64,000 nucleotides of DNA from Vitrella brassicaformis CCMP3155 (lineage: Eukaryota; Protista; Chromerida), in the NCBI GenBank assembly GCA_001179505.1, contig CDMY01000306.1:62001-126000 (forward strand), given 5' to 3'. Positions 1 to 12,103 of this stretch are shown piece after piece. Position 1 is the first letter of the stretch. Every line of letters begins with the position of its first letter. A model generated the notes under the pieces. The model had not been told where the DNA came from and ran no database searches. It saw only the letters and a list, made by a program, of their open reading frames with translations. The position numbers were made by a program, and so were the translations under genes.

Positions 1-239
1 ACGCAACCACAGAAAGGTACACGTGACGATGTGTGTGAATGGGTGTGTGTGGCAGGCCCCCCCGCTGCTCGTGGGGAGACCTCTGTGCAGTTGGGCGATG
101 GCGCAGGGCCATGGTTCGACCTCTCGCACACACTCCAGGCAGCAGACGGTACGCACACACGCGGGGGCACCCGTGTTGGTATGTATGGATGGATGGATGG
201 ACACAGATATGCGTCGGTCGTTCTACGGCCATGGGCAGC

Positions 240-364
240 TGGTGCATCACGAGAGCGACGCATCCACACTCGACTATGACACGGTGCGGCCGTGCCCTGA
301 GGACGATGCGGACGGTACCTATGCTTACCACAGGCACCTTGGCCACACTTGTGTGTGAATGTTG

Positions 365-395
<31 letters not shown>

Positions 396-2494
396 CAGGG
401 TGTCTGTTCACGCAGCAGAACTTCCAGCTGCGTTTCCCCAGCGGCAGCGTCCTCTACATCTCCACGGCCGCATCGGCCAACCGACCGCCACTCCCCCATG
501 ATGAGCCCCTCAAACAGGCAAACACACAGATGGTATTACCACACACAGAAAGACTCACCGACCTTCTCTCTTTCTAAGCTGTAGTTGCGTGCGTCACATG
601 CAGATGCCTGAATTGCCCGCCCCAGCACCAGTACCAGCGCCAGCCGCAGCTCCAGCCCGGCGGCTCTCACGTCGAGAGGACCCCCACCCACTGGCCGACA
701 ATAGCGAGTCCAAAGCCCACAATTTTAACTTTGGCGGTCAGTTGCCCCTGTCACGCACACACACACACATGGATGGACGGATGAATGGGTCTGTCTGTCT
801 ATGTGTGTGCATGGGTATGTGCAGGTGGTGGTGGTGCGGACATGCCCGACGGCACTCAGCTCAACTTCGGTGGCGGCGGGGGACTCACTACCGTCGTCGA
901 CGAGTCACAGCAGCCAGGAGGTAGGTACATGTCATGTGGAGTGGACTCACACTCATCCACTGCCCCGCCCCCCCAACGCACATACACCGTCTGAGTGGAT
1001 GTGATTGATGTGTGCAGCGATGGGTTGGCACAAGCGCAGCAGCAACCGGTTTTCGTCATTCAAATTCGGCGGCGGAGGGGGGGCTGTGCTGCCTGACGGT
1101 CAGACAGACAGACAGACAGCACAAATGGGCGTGTGGAGACATCTCTCTCTCTCTCCATGTGTGTGGTCAGGTACGGTCTTGAATTTCGGTGGTGGCGGCG
1201 GATTGCATGTGGGCAACGCGCGATTGAGCCGTTTCAGTGCCATCATAGAAGACGTCGAAAGAGCCCTGTGTGAGCATGATGAACACAGACAGACCCCAGG
1301 ACACAGACCCCCTCACACACACGACGTGACGTGACGTACACACTCCTACCTACACACTTTACTGCTTTGTCTGTGTGTGTCGTTCATGTCAGCTGCATCG
1401 ATCGACTGGTCCAAAATGAAAGTCGACTACGGTACGTGGGCAGTTGCCTCCCCACCACACGCTCTCACAGACCTCTGCACCAACACACACACACACCGTA
1501 TGTGTGCGTGTGTGTTTGTCCATCCATCGATCGCACACACACAGCCGCCCTTGCGAGTGGCGATGAGGCCAGCGGCACCGGCGACTTCAACTTCGGAGGC
1601 GGCGGGGGGGCCGAGATTCCTGACGGTATGTTCCATCCCATCCACACACACACACACACACACAATGGATGCGTTCGTGTGTATCATTCTTGTGCCTGTC
1701 TTCCTTAATGCAGGCACTGTGTTGAATTTCGGTGGCGGTGGCGGTCTTTCGACCAATGCTGAGACGCAGACAGTGGAAGGCCAGCAACAGCAACAGCAGC
1801 AGCAGGAGGGTGCGCGGAGAGAATGTGCCCATCCCATTTGTGTGTGTGTGGATGGGAGTACATGTGTGTGCAGCCACCATGGCTGAGCAGCTGTCATCCG
1901 AGCCGGAGGGGGGATGCTCCAAGGTCCACGTCATCCTGCCCATGAAAGGGGTACCGTACGCACGCATCCACCTCTCAAAAAGTGATGTGTCTATCGGTGT
2001 GTCTCTGTGTCTCTGTGTGTGTGCAGGTGTGCGCTCAGATGTGCCTCACCGACTCGGTGCTGGGCTACATGCACCTCCCGTCAAAAACCGGTCGGTGCGT
2101 CCGTGTACCGTACGCTGCGCATCTGTGTGTATATGTCCTGTCCACACACACCTGTCTGTCGTTCACACAGGTGTGTCCTTCGGCAGCTGCGCCGACGTCG
2201 ACTACTCACACAGAGTCGCCACACTCACCGGTCAACACACACACGCACACACACACACACACACGTATACACGAAACATGTGTGTGTGTGTGTCGGTCGT
2301 TTGTTTGCAGGTGACCTGAAGCCCGCCATCCCGACTCTCAAGATAACGCTGTTCGAGCAGACTGGAGAGGACAGACGCAGTGAGTGCCCTCACACACGCA
2401 GGTTAAGACGACACCCGTGCCAGTGCACCGCTGGATGTGATGTGTGCAGATGAGCAAGAGAGGATGCAGTACGCCCGGCAGTACGCACATGGAG

Positions 2495-2528
<34 letters not shown>

Positions 2529-5500
2529 GGGCGTATACAGACGCCCACTGATTTAATTGACGGACACACACAGGCGAGTACAACCGCAATGGCAATGGCA
2601 ATGGTTACTATGGCGGAAATGGTGCAAGTGAGAACTACAACGGTCGAGTGGAGGGTCCGCTGCAGCGGGCCAGCGGAGATTTCGCCAACAGAATCAGAGC
2701 CGGTACGTGACGACCACTTGCACTTGTTTCCTAGCTGCACGTTCGTGTGCGCAAGCCTCTGGGCGTTCGTGTGTGTGTATGTGGGTCGATCAGCGTCCAA
2801 CGGTCTTGACGTGCTGGCGGCGTGGGACGGGTTCCTGAAGCAAGCTGACCAAAGTGAGTAGAGTGGATCAGTGCAAGCGTAGAGTCCGTGTGTGTGTGTG
2901 ATGAATGAATGGGTCAGTCACCCAGCTGTCCATCGCCCCCACCGACAGCAGCCACTGTGTGGACCTATGTGCGATTGCCGGACAGGTAAGGCAGGCATCA
3001 GCGAGAGCGGACAGAAAGGAATGTGTGTGTTGTGTGTGTGTTGTGTGTGTGTTGTGTTTGTGTTGTGTGTGTGTTTGTGTGTTTAGGAGTGTGTGTGGGG
3101 GTGCATGGATCCGCTTGTCCGCGACCTCACACACCACATACTCGTCGAATCGAAATGCACAGAGTGAGTGGACGGATCCATGGGAGCACCCCCACACACA
3201 GGCGCAGATGCGCACACACATGCCTCTCTGTCTGTCTGTCTGTCTGCCTTTATGCGTGCAGCCTCTCGTTCCCCCGCAAGCGAGTGGATGTGACGCATGT
3301 CGGCCCACTCAGGTCAGGCACCCACAAGCAGGCTCATGTACTCATTCATTCACAAGTGTCTTTCTGTGTCTGTGTGTGGTGTGTCGCGATGTACGTCAGC
3401 GGTCTCTTCCACCCGGTCGCCATGGCTGTGTACCAGAAGGAGGAAGACGACAGCAGCAGCAGCCAAGACGAGCAGCAGTGGAGCGCATACAAGCAATCGG
3501 TGAGACATCTCGTCAACACACACACACACACAGAGAAAGAGAGAGAGAGACAGAGACAGAGAGAGATTCTTATGTGGTGTGTGAATGGTCGTGTGTGCAG
3601 GTTGAGAGGTTTATGGAGGACGGTCAGTCTGCACCTAGCTGGGAGGCATTTCAGAAGCCCCTGCAGACATTCATGCTGGAGGCTTCCAGAGGTACGCACA
3701 CACACATGGCCAGGCCCCGCCGAAGACCTCTGTGTCTGTGTGTGGCTGGGCTGATGTCTGTGATGTCTGTGTGTCTGTTCGTCCGTTTCGGCAGCGTGGC
3801 CGCCATCTGAAGCACTGGACTCCTACGCGGACCCCAAACAGTGCATGTGAGTGACCATACAGGACACTCTCCCTCTCTCTGACACACACAGATGAATGTG
3901 TGTGTGTGTGTGTGTGTTCAGAGTGGTGCACCGCATCATGGGCAGCGAATGCCTGGTCAGTCAGTCAGTCTGTCAGTCTGTCTGCACACACACATCAACA
4001 CGCATACGCGCGGTGCATTCGCCTTAATGTGTGTGCAGGAGACCTGTTTGCCCGAGAGCCTGATCGTCCTCTTCGAGCGAGGCACCTGCAAAGACGCCGG
4101 ATACGACCAGCTGCAGGTAAGGTACCATGGGGACGCACTCGTGTGGGGCCGTGCGCATGTTGATGTGTCTATACGCTCAGTCATCTCTCTGTGTGTGTGC
4201 GTCTGTGTGTGTGTGTGTGTGATCAGGTGGTCGACGCGCTGATGACCACTTACAAAGGCACCGCCTACACGCAGAAGTTCTTCATCTACACCAAAGAAAA
4301 GCAGCAGCACCAAGAGCACCCGCTATACTCTCGTACGTGAAGTTGACGTGCGTCTCCTCCCCCCTCCACACACAGACACACAGACACAGACACAGACACA
4401 GACACACAGACACCATTGATGTGCACGTGCTTCATTCAGGCGCTCTGAAGTCATCATCGTCTGATAAAGCTGACAGCCACTTTGTGATCCCGCCCAAGAA
4501 GGTGGCAGACGAGCTCAAGAGAGTCAACGAAATCAACGACACCAAGACGCCCTCCTTCTCTAATGGTCGGTGGCCTGGCCATTCACACGTCTGTTGCGCT
4601 GCGCGTACCTGCGTGTGTTGTGTGGCTGGGTGCGGTGCAGACAGCGGCGAGTTCCCCTCCTTCGAGCACTACGATCCCGTGCACCCATCTCACAAGGCCG
4701 ATACCGACGCCGACACACACAAGAAGGGCAAGAAGAGCAAAGCGAAGGAGGACGACAAGGACGAGAAGGACAAGAAGACAAAGCAGCCTAGGTATGTAGG
4801 CAAACTGTATGTATCGACACGTGACTGTGTCTGTGTGTGTCTCTGTGTGTGTAGCTATGGGTGGGAGAAGTTTCTGCCCAAGGGCTACGCCAAGGCTGCC
4901 AAACGCTCGTATGCGCCCACAAGTAAGCGACCCATATCATTCCCCCCTCCCTCCCTCGCTCCCTCCCTCCCTCCCTCCCTCCCCCCCAACGCACCTACAC
5001 ACACCTGACGTGCAACACTCTCTCTGTGTCGCTGGATCAGCACCATCGCCCCAACAGCAGCAGCAGCAGCTGGCCGCCACACGCACTGGCACCCACACCC
5101 ACAGCCAGCCACAGCCTGGCAGCAACCCGATGAAGTCGCCCGACTGGATCAAGTTCGTCCCTCAGGCTTACCGAAAACGGGTAACACTCTCGCACAGTGC
5201 ACTCCTTGGTGCTTGTGGCCCATCCACGTGTGTGTGTGTGCGTGTGTGTGTGTGCGTGTGTGTGTGTGGTTGTCAGGCTGAGGACACCTTCAAGCTGGAG
5301 AAGAAGGAGGAGGCCTCACGCACCAGCCAGGGGCAGCACTCACAGCAACAAGACCAAACCAAAGCGAAGGAAGCCGCCGCCAAGGAAGCCCCTCTCCCAC
5401 CCCCTCCCCCTCCCCCACCATGCCCACAATGCCCCCAATGCCCCCCTCCGCCACCTTGTCAGTGCCACTGCACGTGCCCGGAGTGCCCACACCCACAGCC

Positions 5501-5935
5501 ACATGCACATGCACATGCACACGAGCCCGAGCAGCCAAAGACAGAGGCGCCCACCACACACAAGAAGGCGGAGGCGGCAGCGGCAGCAGCAAAGCCGACG
5601 AGCAAGCCACGGAAGAAGAAAGAGGGAGAGGGAGAGGGAGAGAAGGAACCTGAGAAGGAAGCTGGCAAGGTCCCGCTCCCGCCCGCCCCTCTGCCTTTGG
5701 TGCCGGAGCATGTGCCCATACCCCCACCAGCAGCACCATCACCGCCACCGCCACCGCCACCGCCACCACCCCCTGCTGCTGCTTCACACCACAAGAAGAG
5801 CCACGCCACCACAACGACCACCACTACCACCACTACCACCAAGGCGCCGGGGCCCTCCTTTGACGACGAATTTGTGAAGGAAGAGGCGGTATGCTGCACA
5901 TATATGGATATATGGATCGATGTGTGTCGTCATGT

Positions 5936-5967
<32 letters not shown>

Positions 5968-7114
5968 TCAGGAGTTCTCCAGCAGCCACAATGGGGACAA
6001 CGGGAAGGGCAGCGACAAGGCCCACCACCCGTCTGTGGTGCTGGTCGAGGACAGCGGCAAGAAACACGGGGATTACAAGAAGTTCCAGAAGCGCAACATA
6101 CCCATCAAAGGCGTCCCCGGCTGGCAAAAGGTACCGTGTAGTCGCCCCCTCTGCCCCCCCCCCCCCCCCCCCCCCCNNNNNNNNNNNNNNNNNNNNNNNN
6201 NNNNNNNNNNNNNNNNNNNNNNNNNNNNNNNNNNNNNNNNNNNNNNNNNNNNNNNNNNNNNNNNNNNNNNNNNNNNNNNNNNNNNNNNNNNNNNNNNNNN
6301 NNNNNNNNNNNNNNNNNNNNNNNNNNNNNNNNNNNNNNNNNNNNNNNNNNNNNNNNNNNNNNNNNNNNNNNNNNNNNNNNNNNNNNNNNNNNNNNNNNNN
6401 NNNNNNNNNNNNNNNNNNNNNNNNNNNNNNNNNNNNNNNNNNNNNNNNNNNNNNNNNNNNNNNNNNNNNNNNNNNNCCCCCCCCCACCCCACACACGTGT
6501 CCATCATTCCTTCATTCTTTTATCCATCAGTTCGTCCCCCCGAACTACCGGAAAGCCGCCAAGGCCACCCGCCACGCAGACGGATGGCCGCCAGAATCAG
6601 AGACCCTCGTCCGTGCGGAGGACCGTGACGCGTTCGGCACCACTGAGTCGTTCGACTGGAAGAAATACATGGGTGGGGGCAGCGGGGGGATGGGACCGGC
6701 TGCCAGTGGTGGGGGGGAGATGGGTGGGCAGCAGCAGGGGCGGTCTTTCTACGACTGGAGCAAGTATGCCGCTGATCCACGGGCAACCAAAGGTGCGTTG
6801 TGACGTGAGACCCTTTCCAGCCCAACACACCCCCTGTGTGCTGATGGATGGCATTGTTTTGTTCAGCAAGTGTGCAGCCGACGAGTCTTCTGGGCGTGTC
6901 TGGTGGGGATTGGCAGCACTTTGTGCCGAGCCAGACGCCGTCTGGGGGCAAGATGAGCAAGATGGACGAGACGACGTCGCCGGCGGCCAATGTGCAGAGG
7001 CAGGGCGGGCAGTACTTCGACTGGCAGTCCTTTACCGACTGGATGGACACAAGTGCGGTCACGGGCAGACACACAGAGATGGACAGACAGCATGAGATGC
7101 AATTGTGGTGTGCA

Positions 7115-7150
<36 letters not shown>

Positions 7151-7945
7151 TGTGTGCAGACAGCAGTGGCTGGCAGGGCGCCTTCGTGAACAACAACGAG
7201 ATGTACTGCAAGTTCGTCACCTGCCCCAAGGACCGGCCGCACTGCGTCTTCGGCAACTGCAGGGCACAGCCACTCACACCCGACGATGTGCCTAACACAA
7301 CACAACACAACCCTGCTTATTCCCCAACTTAACACATTCACAGCCGCACACACACAGCAGCAGAGGGATGTGTGTGCGTGTGAATGCAGGCTGTCAACTT
7401 TAAGTGCCGGTGGGTGAGCTGTCCGCCCGACGCCGTGTGTGTCGACGGCAACTGTGTCAACGCCACGCAAGTCAACCGAACAGAGGCAGAAGGTCAGCAG
7501 GCCGACATGGGCACACCCACACCGACCCACACCCACACACGCGGGTGTTCGTCAGCTGCCCGGTTAGGGTCGAGCAAGTTCGACTGGCAGGGATTTCTCG
7601 GAGGGAAAGGTCAGCCCCTTAGCCAACTCAGCACACACACCTCTACACATCATGACGTTGTGCTTATCCCATGCAGGCGGCTCAGCGCCTGACATCGACT
7701 GGAAGAAGCTCCAGGAGGAGGACCACAAGGCCGCCACTGCCAGTGCAAAGGCAGCAGACGAGCCGCCAGTGCCCACACCGGAGGAGATCAGCGCCGCGCT
7801 CAGGAGCGCCATTTATCGGGCAGAGAAAACGGCAGACGGCCACAAGAGGCGAGATGCGAGTGACCCGATGGACTTTGTGCGGAAATCGGCACCATCTGGT
7901 GCTCGTGATGTTGGCCCAGACAAGTATGAGATCCGTCCGCTGTGA
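240..7945 (+). CDS. Large multi-exon, repeat-rich, probably secreted/wall protein (5' end upstream of window; could be two genes)
   Basis: Chain of in-phase GT-AG exons from LVHHESDASTLDY to ...GPDKYEIRPL*. Three FGGGGGAxxPDGTxLNFGGGGGL repeats, many DW/GW-x-K-F/Y motifs, poly-Pro/CPxC tract, two 4-Cys modules. Interrupted by an N-gap. Confidence 0.65.
6177..6476. other. Assembly gap (300 N) flanked by poly-C
   Basis: Run of N inside an intron of the first gene; C-homopolymers on both sides. Confidence 0.99.
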
Positions 7946-7959
7946 GAGAGACTGTGGGC

Positions 7960-8455
7960 GGCTTTGGTGCGGTGTGGTTTTGTGTCGGTCGGTGTCGGTG
8001 TGTGTGTCTGTAAGTGAGGCAGAGAGATTGACTGCTGGTGTGTTTATGCGTATGTGCGTCTGTATGTGTCGATCGGTCGGCCGATTCGTGGGAGTGCCCT
8101 CTCTCTTTCTGCGGTGATGTGTGTGCGGTTTGTGGTGTGTGTGTCCGAGTCCATATCTGGTTGAGGCTTTTTCCCCATATATACCGATGTGTGTCTGTCT
8201 CCACACACACACATATATACATATTTGTATATGACCGCTCTCTGTCGATTCAATCGGTCGGGTGAGTATGTCGGTGACCTCTGCAGAAGAAACGATGGTC
8301 GTGGGTGAGTGTGGGTGTGAGTGGTTTAGTCAGGAGAGACGGACACTTGATTGCCGACAGGCAATTTACACATACACGTGATTGATGCTATGCACCCATG
8401 GATGAGGTCAACGACTGTCTCAATCCGTCCAGTCATTCCCACCGACCCCATGCGC
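7960..8455 (+). repeat. Non-coding dispersed repeat R, copy 1
   Basis: Aligns by eye with 11440-11897 (direct) and 38030-38450 (inverted); 46-nt core 8253-8298 identical in all three. Confidence 0.85.
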
Positions 8456-8600
8456 ACATCACTGTGATGTGCACAGGGAGCCCACCCCTTTGCATTGCAC
8501 ATGAATGTGTGTGAGTGTGCCTGTCTCTCTGTCTGCTGCGCACTCCTGGACACGCGCACTCATCAAAGACGCAAACGCATAACTAGTGTTTGGCCCCATC

Positions 8601-8685
8601 AGCACGTCAGCCGCCGCCCCGCCCCCCTGTCAATGGGAAAAAGCCTCCAGAAGCAGAGGGTCTAGGGTTTAGGGTGTAGGGTTTG
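8601..8685 (+). promoter_or_regulatory. Upstream module with three TAGGG telomere-like units, copy 1
   Basis: agcacgtcagcc...gcccccc...aatgggaaaa...tagggtttagggtgtagggttt, ~26 nt before the ATG at 8711; homologous to the reverse complement of 24989-25074. Confidence 0.6.
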
Positions 8686-8710
8686 CCCGCCTCACCGCCA
8701 TCGGTGACGA

Positions 8711-10697
8711 ATGGCGCCAAAGAAACGGAAGAACAACGATGGAGCAGCCGGTGGTGAGTCCGCCACCGCCCCATCGCAGCTGCACTCCGTCACATGCGGT
8801 CGGGAGGAGGGTGATGAGCTGCTCAAGGAGGCCGCCGGATACGTCGACGGCCTGAAAGAGGTGTTCACGACGACGGCATCCAAGGCCGACAAGGAGCTGG
8901 AGCAGCTGGCGGGCGAGATCAAGCAGCTGATCACAGACAACGGAGGCACCATCGAACCGCAGCAGACGAGCGGCAAGATGCAGCTCAACGTGGGCGGGCG
9001 GGTCTTTGAGATTGCCGTGACAGGACTCCTGCATCCCAAGATGAAGATGACTTACCTCTCGACGCTGCTGCTGCACTTCAACGACCAGCTACCCAAGGAC
9101 GCCAATCAGCTGCCATTCCTCGAGATGCATGCACCCTACTTCAAATGGCTGCGCGACCAGCTGGCGCTCCTGGAGAGCCGCCACCTCGACGAGATCACCC
9201 TCCATTCGCCAGAGGCCGGCGACCCATCGTATGCCGAGTACCATTCGCTGTTCATCACAAAGAAGCTGGGCGGCGACATACAGGGGCAGCGGTGGGCGCC
9301 TGGTGCATCGACAGCAGCAGCAGCGGCGGCGGCTGGAGGGCGAGGCGAGCAGCAGGATGTGGAGATGGCCGACGGCAACGGTGGTGAGGGTGGGCGCGAG
9401 GGGGGTGGTGAGGGTGAGGGCAGTGGCGATGGGGTGGGAGTAGATGAGGCGTTTGAGAAGACCGAGCGGTACATGAGCAACTATCGGCGGGTACGTGAGG
9501 GGCTGCAGAAGCAGAAGGAGGTCATGGAGGCCTTCCTGTCGGCGATGCGGCCGTTCGTCAAGGGGCATAGCAGCAATGAGGATATCGAGGTGTTGACGCT
9601 GACGGTGTGTGGGGACAAGGTGTCGGTCCTCCGCCGCACCATCGCACCACTCGGACCAGACCATGCACTCGTCAAGCGATACAATCCGTAAGGACCGTAA
9701 GGCTGGGGATCTTGTCTGGTGTCCTATGTGCCTGTGTGTGTGTGTGTGTGTGTGCGTGTGTTTCTTCAGCGACGAGTGGCCCGACCAGGAGGCCCACCAG
9801 ACGTCGCTCAAGTTCCTGCAGCTCGTCGTCGACTTCGGCCGCCGCCTGGTCATGCCGTCCGGCCGGTTTGTGCATCCGCCGGTGGTGGCGCCGCACGAGA
9901 AGGAGATGTTCGTCGTCGAGCTGGGCATGTACGGCCTCAACACGATGCCGCCAGTCGGTGAGGCGGCGGGGGCGTCCGCTGTGATCAAGACGGCCGACGA
10001 GTGGCTGGCGGTGATGAAGATGACCGACAAGAAAATCGCAACGCCGCCATCGCTGCTGTACAAGTGAGCTGCAGCACTCACGCGCCACACGCGACAAGAA
10101 AATCGCAACGCCGCCATCGCTGCTGTACAAGTGAGCTGCAGCACAGGCAGACGACAGGACGAGACCACATTGTCCTTCTGTGTGTCCATCAGGGGTAGTC
10201 GCGACACGTATGCCTTCCCCAAGATGCTCGAGTGTCTGGCCGACAAGAGCGGCCTGCTCTTCGCCCTCCGAGATGGCCACACACACCGATTCGGGGCCTT
10301 CATCGACGGAGAGATCGACCCGCCCGAGGACAACACAAAGAGCAACCTCTACAAGGCGCCCGCCTTCTTCTTCTCGCTGTCGGGTGCGTACGAGACGCCG
10401 ACCAAGATCGAGATCCCCGAGGAGAGGCAGTCAGTGGCGGTGGCCGGCACACAGGGGGCGGTGACCAACCGCAATGGCGAGCCGTGTGGGAACGTGTACA
10501 TCGGTCGCGGCTCTCTCTGGCTGGGATTCGCCCAGCCAGGTCCGGCGGCCAACCTCAGCAGCTGCCAGCAGTGGATCGCGCGGGAGCACCTTCCGGCGGG
10601 ATACAACGGGGCGACCAACGAGCATGGCGAGGGCACATTGGCACAGTCCCTGAACTTCACGTGCGATGAGATGGAAATCTGGCAGGTGGGTGGGTGA
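8711..10697 (+). CDS. BTB/POZ-BTB-TLDc domain protein (A1)
   Basis: Three exons (~8711-9688, 9770-10063, 10193-10697). MAPKKRK N-terminus, KCTD-type QLNVGGRVF, second BTB-like LTVCGDKVSVLRRT, TLDc HRFGAFIDG...FFFSLSG...FTCDEMEIWQV. Confidence 0.85.
10025..10144 (+). repeat. 53-nt perfect direct repeat of exon end plus 5' splice site
   Basis: cgacaagaaaatcgcaacgccgccatcgctgctgtacaagtgagctgcagcac at 10025-10077 and 10092-10144. Confidence 0.95.
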
Positions 10698-10874
10698 GGG
10701 TAACGGAGGGCACATATCGTTGGCTGGCTGTGGACAGCACTGCTGCATGTGTTCTGTGTGCAGGTGGTGAGCGGCTGAACCGATCTGACAGCACACGTAG
10801 ACAGCGGCCAAGGGAGGGTGAGACCACACAACACTGCAGCACACAGCATCACACACAGGAGGCAAGCCGACGCT

Positions 10875-10906
<32 letters not shown>

Positions 10907-11439
10907 TGTGTTTCAGGTGGTATGTGTAGACGGAGGGAGGAGGAGCCTTGCTGCAGCTTGATGGATGGCCGCAGTGTGTAGTTAGCTTGATAGCGGCTGA
11001 CTCAGACCCGACAGCATGACGGCCTTATGACGAATTCGTGTCCATGTGCAGACACGATCATGTGTGTGCGTGTCAACCTTTATCCACTGAGGCCTCGTCA
11101 CTTGACAATCAATCAGAAAATTCCTGACACTCACTCATTTCATTCAATCCATCCATTCTGTCTGTCTGTCTGTCTGTCTGCGTGTGTCGTTCATTCTTCG
11201 TGTGTCAACGAGCCGGCCGCCACCTGATCCATGGTGTCTTAGCTCGAGACACCAGGCCAGGGATGAGGTCACGCCTCTGCGACAGATACACGAACAGCCG
11301 CCCAGCACGATGAGCATCGACGTGCGTCTCACGACGGAGGCACATGCTCAGACAAGACAGACACGACTGCATGTAAGTGTGTTTTGGTGGCTCGATTGAG
11401 GGGGGGAGCCATGGCCATGGTCAGACAGGTCAGCGTTGC

Positions 11440-11897
11440 GCTGGTGTGGTTTTGTTTTGTGTCGATCGGTGTGTCGGTGTGTCGGTGTGTCGGTGTGTCT
11501 CCAAGCAAGGCCGAGATTGGCTGTTGGTCTGTTTAAATTTATGTGTGCGTACACATACCGATCGATCGGTCGATCCGTGTGAGTGCACATATGTACATAT
11601 GTATACCGATGTCTGTCTGTCTGCACACGTACACACACACAAATATACATATATCGCATTTGTATATGACCGCTCTGTCGATGCGATCGATATCTATCGG
11701 TCGGGTGAGTATGTCGGTGACCTCTGCAGAAGAAACGATGGTCGTGGGTGAGAGTGAGTGTGAGTGTGTTTGAGTGGTTTAGTCAGGAGAGACGAACACT
11801 TGATTGCCGACAGGCAATATACACACACACGTGATTGATGCGTCCACTCATGGGTCAGGTCAATGGCTGTCTCAACCCGTCCAGTCATCCACACCGA
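11440..11897 (+). repeat. Non-coding dispersed repeat R, copy 2
   Basis: Core at 11696-11741 identical to 8253-8298. Confidence 0.85.
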
Positions 11898-12103
11898 TCT
11901 GATGTGGACACAGAAAACAAAACGGAGAGCCGTTCCACCCACCGCTAATCAAACCGTTCGTATGCACACACAAAAAGGGTTCGTCACACACATGAACACA
12001 TCAATGCCAACGTACGATGTTTGTCAAAACTGCATGGATGCGTCAGGGGGGGCCGCTCGCTGTCTGTGCACACTTCTACGGTTGTCCCCCTGTCCATCCT
12101 CAA

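Noticed and set aside
521-603. Possible GC-AG introns (also ~32117-32210)
   Set aside because: An alternative in-phase GT donor exists in each case; cannot be decided without cDNA.
8663-8684. Telomere or chromosome-fusion scar
   Set aside because: Only three degenerate units, embedded in a conserved gene-proximal module.
9089-10345. 418-aa minus-strand ORF
   Set aside because: Antisense to A1 and crosses its introns.
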